The notes under the pieces were generated by a model. That model made no database searches and was not told the DNA's origin. It was given only the letters and a program-made list of their open reading frames with translations. Position numbers and translations under genes: made by a program. A stretch of DNA of 63,492 bases, the filler included, from Reticulomyxa filosa (Eukaryota; Protista; Foraminifera), in assembly GCA_000512085.1 (NCBI GenBank). It is 17 parts of 17 records of this genome, joined end to end, with 100 filler letters (N's around TTAATTAATTAA, not from the genome) between each part and the next. Parts side by side here need not be neighbours in the genome. Positions count along the whole stretch, not along the records: positions 36,319 to 45,181 come from ASPP01028079.1; positions 45,282 to 47,370 come from ASPP01023440.1; positions 47,471 to 49,977 come from ASPP01021506.1; positions 50,078 to 52,487 come from ASPP01027958.1; 13 more parts are not named here. One strand, 5' to 3'. Shown one piece after another: positions 38,561 through 50,279 of this stretch. Each line of letters starts with the position of its first letter. Position 1 is the first letter of the stretch.

Positions 38561-38948
38561 AATGTTTTCTCGATTTTTATTTTTAAATGTTTGTTTTTTT
38601 CCAAATTGGCGGGGGTTTTTTGTTTATTTCTTTGTTTGTTTGTTTGTTTTTTTTTGTTTTTCCTCGTGCAGTCTGTAAAATGGGTCATGCTTTAGTGTGG
38701 TCTTTTCTTTTTTACAAGTGAACTTGTAAACGCCTGTATCTTTTCGCACTCAAAAATTTCGAACGCTCAAAAAATATGAACATGCTAATATTGTTGATAA
38801 ATCTAATGTCCGCCACCACCAAAAAAATTTAACCAGTACTGTCTCATTCAATTAGCACGACAGACTGCAAGCTTTTCCACAAACAATTTGCGGGAACCAA
38901 CCAAGACAAAAATAGACTTTCTACTCAAAATAATCCATTTGAGAAAAA

Positions 38949-40298
38949 ATGATAGGAGGGCTAAGTGAAAAGCGAAGATATATGGTGGCCTTGTTGTTTT
39001 CGTGTGTACTATTGTGGTTGTTATGGTGGTCGAGTTCGAATTGGGGTTATGAAAAAGCGATTACCAATGGACGTGGAGGGATGAGTGAGAGGATAGCAGA
39101 AGTGCAGATAATAAGAGGATACAATGATAATAATAATGATAATGATTACAATGCAGAAATAATAACAAGTAATGGAGAAGAAAGATATAACACAGAATTT
39201 GATGTAAATGAAATAGCAAGAAAAGGGAAATGGAAAGGATATGATTATGCAAATGAAAAAGAAGAAAGAAGAAATAATTTTGAAAAAGAATTGAAAGAGA
39301 ATGAAGAAATAGGAAAAAGATTATTAAAAGGAGAAAGAGAAGCATATAAAAATAAAGAAAAATATTATGTAGATCCAGAAATATATAAAGAATATACACG
39401 TGAATATATACAAAATGAATGGAAAAATAAAAAGGGACATGTAAATGAAAAATATTTAAAAGGAGGACATCCATCATGTCCAATAATTGAATCAAAGGAT
39501 AGCGTATTATCAAAAGAAGATAAAAATATAGAAAAAATAAAAAAGATGTCAATATATTTTACACATAATTGTTGTAAAAAAACAGGACCACCACATGAAG
39601 AAACAGCATATAAAAATGGTAAATTTGATATGGTATATCATTATATGATGAATAATATAACATTAGAATTTCGTGATAAAAATAAACATATATTAAATCA
39701 AAGTAGAGGTGCTGGTTATTGGTTATGGAAACCATGGATAATATTAGATGCATTAATATATAAAGCAAAACCTTGTGATATTATATGTTATTGTGATACT
39801 GGTGCTTGGTGGAATAATACAGCAGCTCCTTTATGGGAATTAGCATCTAAAATGAAATATGGTGTATTAACTTTTAATCATTATACTTCTTATTCACCTG
39901 TTGTTAATTTAACTGAAAGATTATGGAGTAAAAGAGATGCTTATATTATTTTAGGTGTTGATACTGTTAAAATTTATGATACCATTATTCGTAAAGCTAC
40001 TTTTTCTTGTTATCAAAAAAATCCTGATTCTATTCATTTTTTAAATGAATGGCTTTATTTTTCTTCTCATCCACATCTTATTATTACTGATACTCCTTCC
40101 TCTATTTTACCTAATATTCATGATTTTAAAGAAAATCGTCATGATCAAACTATTTTAAGTCTTCTTTCTAAAAAATTTGGTATTCCCGCTTTATCTGATC
40201 CTTCTCAATATGGTGCTCCTGATCGTGCTCTTTTTGGTCCAATTGTTAACCATTGGAAAGCGCCTTGGATTATTAAACATACAAGAGGAAAACAATAA
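38949..40298 (+). CDS. Intronless type II membrane putative glycosyltransferase (GT-A-like / DUF1647-like)
   Basis: N-terminal TM anchor and stem; RGAGYWLWKPWII, YCDTG (DxD-like), WSKRDA, ENRHDQTILSLL. Complete 449-aa ORF. Confidence 0.75.
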   Translation: MIGGLSEKRRYMVALLFSCVLLWLLWWSSSNWGYEKAITNGRGGMSERIAEVQIIRGYNDNNNDNDYNAEIITSNGEERYNTEFDVNEIARKGKWKGYDYANEKEERRNNFEKELKENEEIGKRLLKGEREAYKNKEKYYVDPEIYKEYTREYIQNEWKNKKGHVNEKYLKGGHPSCPIIESKDSVLSKEDKNIEKIKKMSIYFTHNCCKKTGPPHEETAYKNGKFDMVYHYMMNNITLEFRDKNKHILNQSRGAGYWLWKPWIILDALIYKAKPCDIICYCDTGAWWNNTAAPLWELASKMKYGVLTFNHYTSYSPVVNLTERLWSKRDAYIILGVDTVKIYDTIIRKATFSCYQKNPDSIHFLNEWLYFSSHPHLIITDTPSSILPNIHDFKENRHDQTILSLLSKKFGIPALSDPSQYGAPDRALFGPIVNHWKAPWIIKHTRGKQ

Positions 40299-42207
40299 TT
40301 TATTATTTTTATCTTTCTTTTGAGCTGGTTTTTTTTTTTTTACATTCGTTTTTTTGCCAATGATAACTAAGGATATTAATATATCCAAAACAAAATAATT
40401 TTCTTATTTTTAATTTAAAAAAAATTCAAAAAAAAAAAAGACCAATCTATTATTAACAAAAATATTTACTATATGTTTATATAAATTTGAAAAATAAATG
40501 ATAAAAATGCTATTTAATTATCTTTTACTGACAATTCTTTTTTATGAAGTAATTGAATGCATAAAAAAAATTTAAAATAAGTAAAAAATTTATTTTGCAG
40601 TATTGTAAATTGATTATTCTTTTGAAAAAGACAGCAAATAGTTTCATTTCATTCTCTTAGTAAATATTTAACAAAATGTTTGTTGACTTGATATATGGTA
40701 CAATAATCTATATCTATGCTTACTTTAGCTGTCATTACTAGTTGTGATTTAGCTTTTTATTGTATTTCATGTAAAAGTTCAACATTGTAAACTATTGATA
40801 AATAACTAACGAACAATGTTTAATTAGTTTGTATATTTGCTTTTAACATTTGTCGCAATATCGCAAAAAATTATTATGAGCACAAATCAAATACATTGAT
40901 TGATCTTATTCATGCTGCAGCAGAAATAAATTTGATTAATTTGTTGGTATAATCACATAATGATGTCTTATGCATTGTACCATAAGATTCAACTTTTTGA
41001 TTGAATGAATATTAGTTTCTTTCTAATGTGACATCATCACAATTTTCAATTTTGTCAGTCTTAAATGGCTTTTCTAGTGTATCGGCATCATCATCGAACA
41101 AACAATGAATGATGATACAGCAAAATCCTAATTAAAAAAAAGAATGTAATTATAATAATAATGAAAAAGATAAAGAAACATTCGAATTTAACTTGTTTTG
41201 AATGTATGCGTCGTCACGTTAGCGTTCTTCGATCAAGAACCAAGTACTATGTGACACTATATTTTTTTGGCATATCTGTGCTCTTAAAGATATAGTGGCT
41301 TTGACAAATCCATAATCTTCGAAGATTCTTTTTTGGTACTAATATTTTTTTTGAGAGTGAGTTTCGTTCTTATACTGAACCTTACAATAACTTTGAACAG
41401 TCTAACAATTCAACTTTTAAAATTGATTGTAAAATTATAGTGATTTTCTGCTTAAAAAATTTTCATTTTTTGATATATATAACAAAAGTGTTGAACTGAT
41501 TTTTTTATTATGCAAAAATGTATCAAAATTGTGTCAAAAAGTGAACGTGAAAAGGGTATCATTGACAATTGAATACTATATGGGTAACTGCGCAATGATG
41601 AAGGTGCATACGAGGCAAACTGGAAGTTGTGTACAATTAAGAAAAATTGCATTATGAAGAAACTGCTGAAAGAAAACGTGCTAAAAGTGATTAAAAAAAC
41701 AAAGATAAACAATAAAAAAAATGCTTTCTCCTTCATCATTTTGCTCCCCATTTCGTTATTCGATCCACTTATCAATTTCTCTTGCAAATCAATTTTCAGC
41801 ACAACACAGCTCAACAAAAAAATTCGAGTTTTAAAAATCCTTCCAAACACACTCCTAAATCCACTCCGACACTACACAATATTAAACAAAAAACTTGAGA
41901 AAAAAAAGGCGACCACTATAGTCACCAAAAACAATCCCTAAACACGATTTTACAGGATTGAAGAAGGAGGTGAACACAAACAAGAAAGGAAAACATTCGA
42001 AAGTCCATGATACATCAACCGCAATCTAAGAAATGTTTTACAGAGGAAGAATACAACGAACAAAATAAAAACAAATAAACCAAACCAAATCAAATCAAAC
42101 CAAAAATGAGAAACAAATGAAAATATTGATTGGTTAATTTATTATTTGTCTTTTAATTTTCATTCTCATTCTAGTAATATTTTCCTCTGCAAATTTTATT
42201 TCCAATC

Positions 42208-45150
42208 TTACACTGTGTCAGTCAAGCGACGGCTAAAATCTTTTCTTAAAACATTTTTTTCGCTACTAATTTCACTGATGGCATTAGTGTCGATCGTTGC
42301 TGCAACTGTTGTGCTGTTCGAGTTGCTCGTGTTACTAAGTAATTGTTTTTGCTGCGCGATTCGATGAACGACGGCCCATTTGGAACGCCTAGCAATCTGT
42401 ACAAATATCCCCCATAGTGAAACAAATGAGTTATTTGGATTATCTTTATTTTGTGATTATCGATGGTTTATTGCAGTGACATTTGACATCACACAGATAC
42501 GCAGTATGTGTTGGTTGATATTTCCAAACGTATACATAAAAGCAACAGACCTTTCGTTCCATAGAAGTCAAATAGGTGCCATTTTTTGCGCACTCTTGAA
42601 CATTGGCAATGATTTGAGTGAAATCGAAGTCCGTCGTTTTCTCCAAGAGATACAAGATGAAACTGTCCATAGGTGGTGGAGGTTTTGTTAGTAAAGAATC
42701 AGCACTACTTTCCAAATCTGTGACCGAAACAGAAACAGAAGCCGAGGTGGTGGCAGTAGCCGTAGCAGCAGCAGTGGCAAGAGTACTTTCACTAGCGCTC
42801 ACATTCGTGCTTGATGAACTCACAATACTTTGGTGAATTTTGTTGCTATGACGTTTTGTAGTTTTGGAATCGATTTCGAATGGATATTTGAGCTGTAGCA
42901 AAAAAGGGTCTTGTGCAATGAACCTCGTCTGAACGTGACGTTGCTGCGTAGTGTTGTGTTGCAAATCCAACATAATTTTAGAAGCTCGACGTTCACGATA
43001 AAACTTTTCGGCTAAATATAATTGCATTTCATCGTAATATACACAATCCTTGGCTTGATATATTTCTCCAAAACGCTGCACAACAAGTCATTGGCTTTGG
43101 TGTTCTTTCGTTCTGCATGGTCATTTTCCATTTCCACAGGGCTATTTTGCGTGGCACTGCCATTGGTAGGAACGGTGAGATGGAGATTAGTTGGCAGAGG
43201 ACTTCGACGCGACGAGGTTGAATTGCGCATGATAACATGCGTATAATAGTCGAGACGATTTCGATATTTGTAGAATGCTTCGATCAAAAGCGGTAAGAAT
43301 AAAGCGCGATCCACATCCACCATCTGTTGCATACATGACTCATTCCAAGCTGCCATAGCTCGTTCTACAAGCATTGAACGCATGGACAACACGCACTGGG
43401 CGATGCGGTTGGAGCATTCCAATAACGCAGGTTTACACTTCGACCAATCGAACGTATCCACATCCGGATGGTTGACCATCACATTCACAATATTTACAAT
43501 TTCATTTATAAATATCTCTTGCTTCACCACACACTGTTTTGGCCAATACTTTGCAAACCCTTCCAACATTATCTGTGCTGTGTTTATGTCCTGAGCGACA
43601 AAATTTACACAGCATTGCAAAAGCGGTTCCCAAAATTGGCGCAATTTCGGACTCTGAGAGAGAAACGAATTTTTTTTTTTTTATAAAAAAAAAAAAAAAA
43701 TTAAAAAAAATAAATTAAGTTTTGTTTGTTGCGATTCATCTTTAATCTCTTTTGAGTCAAAGTTACCAAGCATGAAATTAATTGTGACCTAACCTTATGC
43801 AAAGGTACGGCCAGTTGCTTCAAAAATGTACGCCAAATGTCTTTAATCGGCAGATTCAAACCAGGGATGATAGAACAAATCAAATGTAGCATTTCATTGA
43901 TGCCGTTGCAAGTGTTGGAACTCGCATAAACAAAGCGATATATATACTTGAACATAACGTCCAAAATCCTCGCCCTGAGATTTTTGCACGTGCCATACAA
44001 TTGACGCAGTATTGTCATTAGGTAATGTCTCTCTCGACAATCTTCCGACGCAAACAATTCCACCAAATTTTCAATAAATGAGCCACACAAATACTTGCCT
44101 AAAGTGACCACGTCAATGTCTTTGGTATGCACCACTCTCCACAAAATTTCATACACAAGTTTGACGTGAGGCCAAGCCGGGTCTTCGTACATTCCATTTT
44201 TGGGATTGATGTTATGGATTGTGTCCACGTGGATATCGGAGCTTGTTTGCTGGCTCGCGTTCAACATACTCGGAAGCAACGCATGACTGTTCGCAATGCT
44301 CATATGCAGCTTCACTTGATCGGTCATGGATGGAAGTAATTTTGGGTACGACACGCATCGGAATAGATTGGACGCGATCATTTGCAAACATGCCTCAAAG
44401 GTTTCGTCTGTGTACCAATGATACGTACCGATAAATTCCATCAGTTCATTCAGAATCTCTTCTTTTTTTTGGATCAGCTTTGTCCACGCACGAGACTTTT
44501 GAGAGAGAAAGAGAGAGAGAGGATTGTATGTCAACACAGTTCACTTACATACGCATATTTATGCAAAGATATGTATGTACACATGTATATACAGTTTATA
44601 TATATGTATATGTATATGTTATGTATATACAAATATGTATATTTAAAAAAAAAAAAAAAAAGTGATATGTACATATATATATATATACATATATATATGT
44701 CTACCATAGTTTGAAAATCGCAAATGATGGAAGCCAATTTCAACTTTTCTTTAAAAACTGTCTCTTTGTCATTTCTTTCGGCATTCATAATTGTGGGTAA
44801 ATTGGACTCGTGCAAGTCACGCATGGTCCGGTGTAGATTTTGTCTGATCGTGAGATTGAGTTTTTTTTGTTTTTCATTTTGTTATCATTGGCCTTGTCGG
44901 TTACGCCCTCGTTGCTGTCATGTCTGCTTTTTTCGTTTTTGTCGTTGCCATCCCTGGTCGCGACGTCGACATTGGATATGGGATCATCCAGCAAAGGGAG
45001 CATATCTGCAAATGGGTTTTTTTCTTTCAAAGGATAGTGCGTGTCTTGCAATGGCAGAGCTTGCGTTATTTCGGCGGCGTCACCAATGGAAGAGGACGAT
45101 AGTTTGTTGAAAAACGTTGAGGGGAGTTGGATCAACGTTTCTGACACTGT
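42208..45150 (-). CDS. Protein phosphatase 2A regulatory subunit B56 (B') family, divergent
   Basis: FKEKLKLASIICDF, K.EILNELMEFI, MIASNLFR, DPAWPHVKLVYEIL, ELFASEDCRER.YL, NGINEML, VPLHK, KYWPK....KQEIFINEI. Introns and one frameshift near 43060. Confidence 0.9.
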
Positions 45151-45866
45151 ACATGTTATTTGAATTAGTTTAAGATGGATTNNNNNNNNNNNNNNNNNNN
45201 NNNNNNNNNNNNNNNNNNNNNNNNNTTAATTAATTAANNNNNNNNNNNNNNNNNNNNNNNNNNNNNNNNNNNNNNNNNNNNATCTTTTTGATTTATATTG
45301 GATTTTGTCAAAAATACGTTAAACTTTGTTGGGCTGCAATACCAATTAGTTCACTTTTTCCTTAAAATTAAAGTTCACTTCACACAGTTGTCCAGCAAAC
45401 TTTGGAAAAAAAGAAAAAAGATGGAAAATAAAAGAACGAAAGAAAAAAATGTTGAGGAATCCTCAACAAAACGTCAAAGTAACTTACACATTCACACAAC
45501 TAAAAAAGAGTCTGGGTTTGTACAATATCATAATATCTTTTTTATCGCTCCTTTTCTCTCTTACATACGTAATAACATCAGTTCTTTGCTTCAGAATGGA
45601 GTGCACGCGCATTTTTTTTTTAGTAAACAAATTTTTAACCAAAAAAAAATGTACAAATATTTTGAATAGGCAGCACAAAAAAATTGCCGCAAAAAAAGAG
45701 CCATTCAAGGCGCGGGTCATGGACGCGGAAAAAAGAAACGGAAGGTTTGCTGTTCTTCTTTGTTCTGTGATAACTGTTTCATAAATCGGAGTACGTCGGA
45801 AGTGATTGACAATAACAAAAAATATGTGATAACACATATAGGTGGAAAAACCAAAAATCGCGTCCC

Positions 45867-46717
45867 TTGCAACAACAGCACCAACCGATCGAACAATTGA
45901 CACAACAACAAGAGTGCCAAGATCAAAAGCAACAAGAAACGAGACAACAAGGACAAAAAAAAAGGAGCCGACGAGAAGCTGAAGAAGAAATACGCCAAAC
46001 TGCAGAGGCTCGAGAACCAACAGAAGAAAAAAAATCAAGTGAAGCAGTAGATGCAAGAGAAATAGTGCCTGCTCCAAAACGCGCAAGAGTTCTATTTTTT
46101 AAAAAGAAAATATGTTGCATTTTATGTGATCAAAATAATTACAAATGACAACATCTGTTGCAAATTTATACCGATGTGCGCATGTGCTCTAATGGCGTGA
46201 AGGCATCATTGGAGTCTTGGTGGAAGATGATCTGGTGTTGCAAGAGACAACAGGTATGATTCATGTGTCGGTCAGAAATTGCGAAGCAGGGTCACAAATC
46301 ATTGTTCCTTTTGTGTGTGAAATGTCATAGCGTCAAGACCAGAGGCAGGTGCAGCAACAGCAACAGCAACAGCGACTACAACACCAACAAAACCAACAGC
46401 AACAACACAGTAATACAACAACAAATACCTCAAGGTAATATAAATGTGCAGGCAGTCAATCCAATGTTACTGCCTCCACATTTGATCAAATCAAAGAGAT
46501 AGTTGCTGGTAATTGATCTAGACGAAACGATGGTGTTCACGAGTTTTGACGTTTAGCTTGGATTTTTGGATCTGTTAATTTATTTGTCGATATTCACGTA
46601 TTGTATGTTTTATGGACAGAATATGCATTAAAAAAAATGTACACGCACAAATAATAATAATAAATAGAAATTGGACAAACCATATGACAATGCAGCACTA
46701 GATGGAAAACCTGTCAG
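45867..46717 (+). pseudogene. CTD small phosphatase/NIF (FCP1-like HAD) pseudogene with Cys-rich N-region
   Basis: A single frame gives ...LLPPHLIKSKR*LLVIDLDETMVFTSFD (DxDxT motif), with in-frame stops at 46146, 46257 and 46500. The next exon is about 46668-46717; the downstream intron carries a MITE. Confidence 0.72.
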
Positions 46718-46751
46718 GTATTAATTCTATTTTAGTACATATATACAAATA

Positions 46752-47004
46752 CAGTATATTGCAAAAAAGACTGACATAACCAAACGGCAATAAAATGTTT
46801 CAATATTTTAAATATCAAAATTTTAAAATGCTAATTAAAAATATCAACAATAAAGAAAATTATAAAAAAAATTTAATATTTAAAAAATACAATATTAGTA
46901 TATATTTTTTAAAAAATTAGTTTTAAATTTTTATTTTTCATGGAGAAAATCGATTTTATTCATATAATGCCATTTATGTATGTCAGTTTTTTTTGAATAT
47001 ACTG
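46752..47004. mobile_element. Tc1/mariner-type MITE (253 bp) with TA target-site duplication
   Basis: TA|CAGTATATTGCAAAAAAGACTGACATA ... TATGTCAGTTTTTTTTGAATATACTG|TA: about 27-bp imperfect TIRs starting CAGT, AT-rich non-coding interior. Confidence 0.88.
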
Positions 47005-47470
47005 TATGTGAATATTTTTTGTGGTTTTAATTTTTTTGAGCGTAAGTAAAAAGTTAGTAGGTAAAATCATAGATCAACTTGACATCTTGATCAAACTCTT
47101 GACGCTTTTGAAAAATGTAAAAAGCTACAATCTTCTAAAAAAATAAGCAAAATTTTTGATTCGATATTTGAGAATACATTTGTAAATGTGATCAAGTATA
47201 AACATTTCGTTTGCTTCAAAAATAAAATAAGTAAATACATTCAGAGGATTCTTTAAAAATTTTCATTACATTGTTTTTTCAAAAAGAAGCAGTTCAGAAA
47301 ACGAAAGTTTACGAAAGTTTTTGCGAAAAAAAAATTATTCTATTCAAAAAAAATTCAATTAAATTTAAAANNNNNNNNNNNNNNNNNNNNNNNNNNNNNN
47401 NNNNNNNNNNNNNNTTAATTAATTAANNNNNNNNNNNNNNNNNNNNNNNNNNNNNNNNNNNNNNNNNNNN

Positions 47471-49130
47471 ATAAATAACACAAACCTTTTTTTTCCTTTT
47501 CGGAGACGGGGTGGTTTCTACCCCTTCTTCTTTTTTTTCCTAATCACATTTGGGGGGATTCTATTGTGACAAACATACAACATTATATAATAAAAGTGTA
47601 TATTACACATACAAACATAAGCATACTTGTTTTACTCCTTTCGGAGGTGGGGTGGAATTCGACATCGATTTTCTTTTTCATTTTTTATTTTTTTATTTTG
47701 CGTGTGTGGAGGATAGGGACCAAAGGCACGATCATTGCTGTACGGGAGAACCTATGTACAAAACGCAAAACATTATGTATACATAAAAAAAAAGAGATAA
47801 ATAACACAAACCTTTTTTTCCCTTTCGGAGACGGTCGGTTGCGTTATGCCATTTCTCTTCTTTATGACAATAGCGCTTCAATCGCCTTAAGGGCATGTAA
47901 TGGGCAAGCGGACAATTGAGACTGGTATTCATTCACGACTTGTTCGGCAGTTGCTGGTCGAACCACACGTTGGAGCTTTCATCGTCTTGTCCGGTCCTCA
48001 CTTTGTAATGCCATCGCATCATTACGTATATTGACGATCTGTATGATATATACAATTTTTTATTTGTTTGCTTTTTTTTTTTTTAAAAAAAAACAACTTA
48101 ACATTGTAAAATTGAATAACATTTGCAACATAGCCAGCGAAGTTTTGCAAGCGATGATAAGAATTTGGTAGCGATACGTTGGAATGACAAATTTGCTGCG
48201 ACGATAGATGGTGCTTGCAGCTTAGTTCTGGGTACTACATCGACATGAGCGCAGAACACTTGATTGCAAACAGTGTCTTGAATGCACTGGTTATTACTGA
48301 TTGTTGGAACAGTCTGCAAATTCCATTCGATGGTCAACACTTCCACTTTGATATCTGTAAGTGCAATATTGTTTTTGTTATTTTTTTTTTTAATCATTTT
48401 TGAACTTCACTTGTTGATATACGTAAACGTACAATTTTTTTTTTCACATTTGATCTTTTACTCAATGTTATTTACCTGATAATATTGATTTGAAGACAAA
48501 TTTATAAAACGTTGAGGAGATTACCGACGTAGACGGGAATATATTTATGGAATGCATTTTGTTATTTGGGCTCTTATTGGAATTCTTTGGATTGATCGGT
48601 AGCTGTTCCGGGAATAAGTATACTTTCGTTATTTGATAGTATTGATTCCTTATTGAAAATTTGCACCAACGATACTGCTGCCAGGCCATTGACTTGTGAA
48701 TATTGCCTACGTTTCCTTGTGGCCAATTCTTTATTTAGCTGATAAAGCTGTTCATTGATGTTGTAAATATATTTATGTTGTCGTAGTGGTACAAACGTGT
48801 TTGCCCGTTCCCAGTTGAATTGCACATTTTCATTCTTTGCACTTGACACCACCATGACCACATTTGAATCGCCAACGCCAAGGTGGATTTCGCGCTGCCA
48901 ACAACTAAAAGCCGACTCAATATTTTCTACTCAGTTTGTCCCCTCCGCTTGTCGAACAGAAGAAAGTCAAACGAGCAATAAAGCCACTTTAAAAAAGTTT
49001 GTGGTAAATGATTTGCAGCAATGTCGAGTAGTACGTGCCTCTTTAAGTATCACATACACGTGAGAAATTAGCCATTGTACAGAGTGATAAAACGATCTTT
49101 TCCATTGCCAACCACCAAAAAGATATTATG
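47471..49130 (-). pseudogene. Spliced gene relic of unknown family with in-frame stops
   Basis: Exon about 48038-47814 reads IVNIRNDAMALQSEDRTRR*KLQR...LLS*RREMA*RNRPSPKGKK between an AG acceptor and a GT donor. Further broken coding-like blocks lie upstream. Confidence 0.55.
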
Positions 49131-50279
49131 TTGAGTTATTTCATCTTCTTAATACACAACTATTGTAAATTAATAACGATATGAATCAAATTATACAAAT
49201 TTTCAAGTTATTTGAAACTGGTTGCAGAATATTGAAATTACAATAATTTAATTACATATTCAATTTAAAATGAACTTTAAAAAAGAAAAAACACTTCCAA
49301 AAAAAATTAAGAAATCAAATCATGGATGATCAAATAAAAACTTTCTGAAATTCGGATTTCTCTAACATTCTTGCGCAAATGGTGTATAAAAACAATATCA
49401 AATTTTTTTAAGTTATACAACAATAAACTATTAATAGTGTTTTTTGCATAACTATCACTGCAATTTTATGTTAATATTTTCCATAAAATCAAAACCAATT
49501 TTTGAAATGAAAGAAAAGTGATTAGATTTGACTTATTTGGAAGACATCAGTAAACAAAATTTAAAAAATTTATTTTTTTTCAATATCACAAATTATCTGA
49601 AAATAAGATTTGTACCATTACCAGACATAAGATCGATGGAATTACTTGAGGCAAATGAAACTTTGTTGAAAAAAATTACATTGGCGTGAAGAATTAAAGG
49701 GAAATGACTTGAACAAGTTAAATTAGTTTGTCGAAAAAAGGTATAAATTCAAAAAAGAGAGGAAAATGAAGGAATCAACTGAAAATCAAATACATAAGTA
49801 TCAAAATAAAATCGAACCAATTTCTGATCAATTTCTTTGATGATTTGAATAAGTCTGGGAAATTTATATTGATAAAATTGACGAAATTGGGCCCGCTCAG
49901 TTAAATTAAGATACAATTCAAAATAAATTTGATTGACCGATTCATCACGACTATAAAATGCCTCATTTTGAATGGTANNNNNNNNNNNNNNNNNNNNNNN
50001 NNNNNNNNNNNNNNNNNNNNNTTAATTAATTAANNNNNNNNNNNNNNNNNNNNNNNNNNNNNNNNNNNNNNNNNNNNATAAAAATAAAATTAATTAATAA
50101 AAATTTAAAATATAACAATAATAAAAATAAAAATAAAAAAATCATTTAATAAATGGTACTGGAATCTTGGCCGAATACCACACACTATTACAATCAAACA
50201 AATGTTGAAAGTATAAAAACGTGAAATGAAAACAAACAGCATAGCAAATAAAGATTAAAACTAAACTGAAATGAACAGG

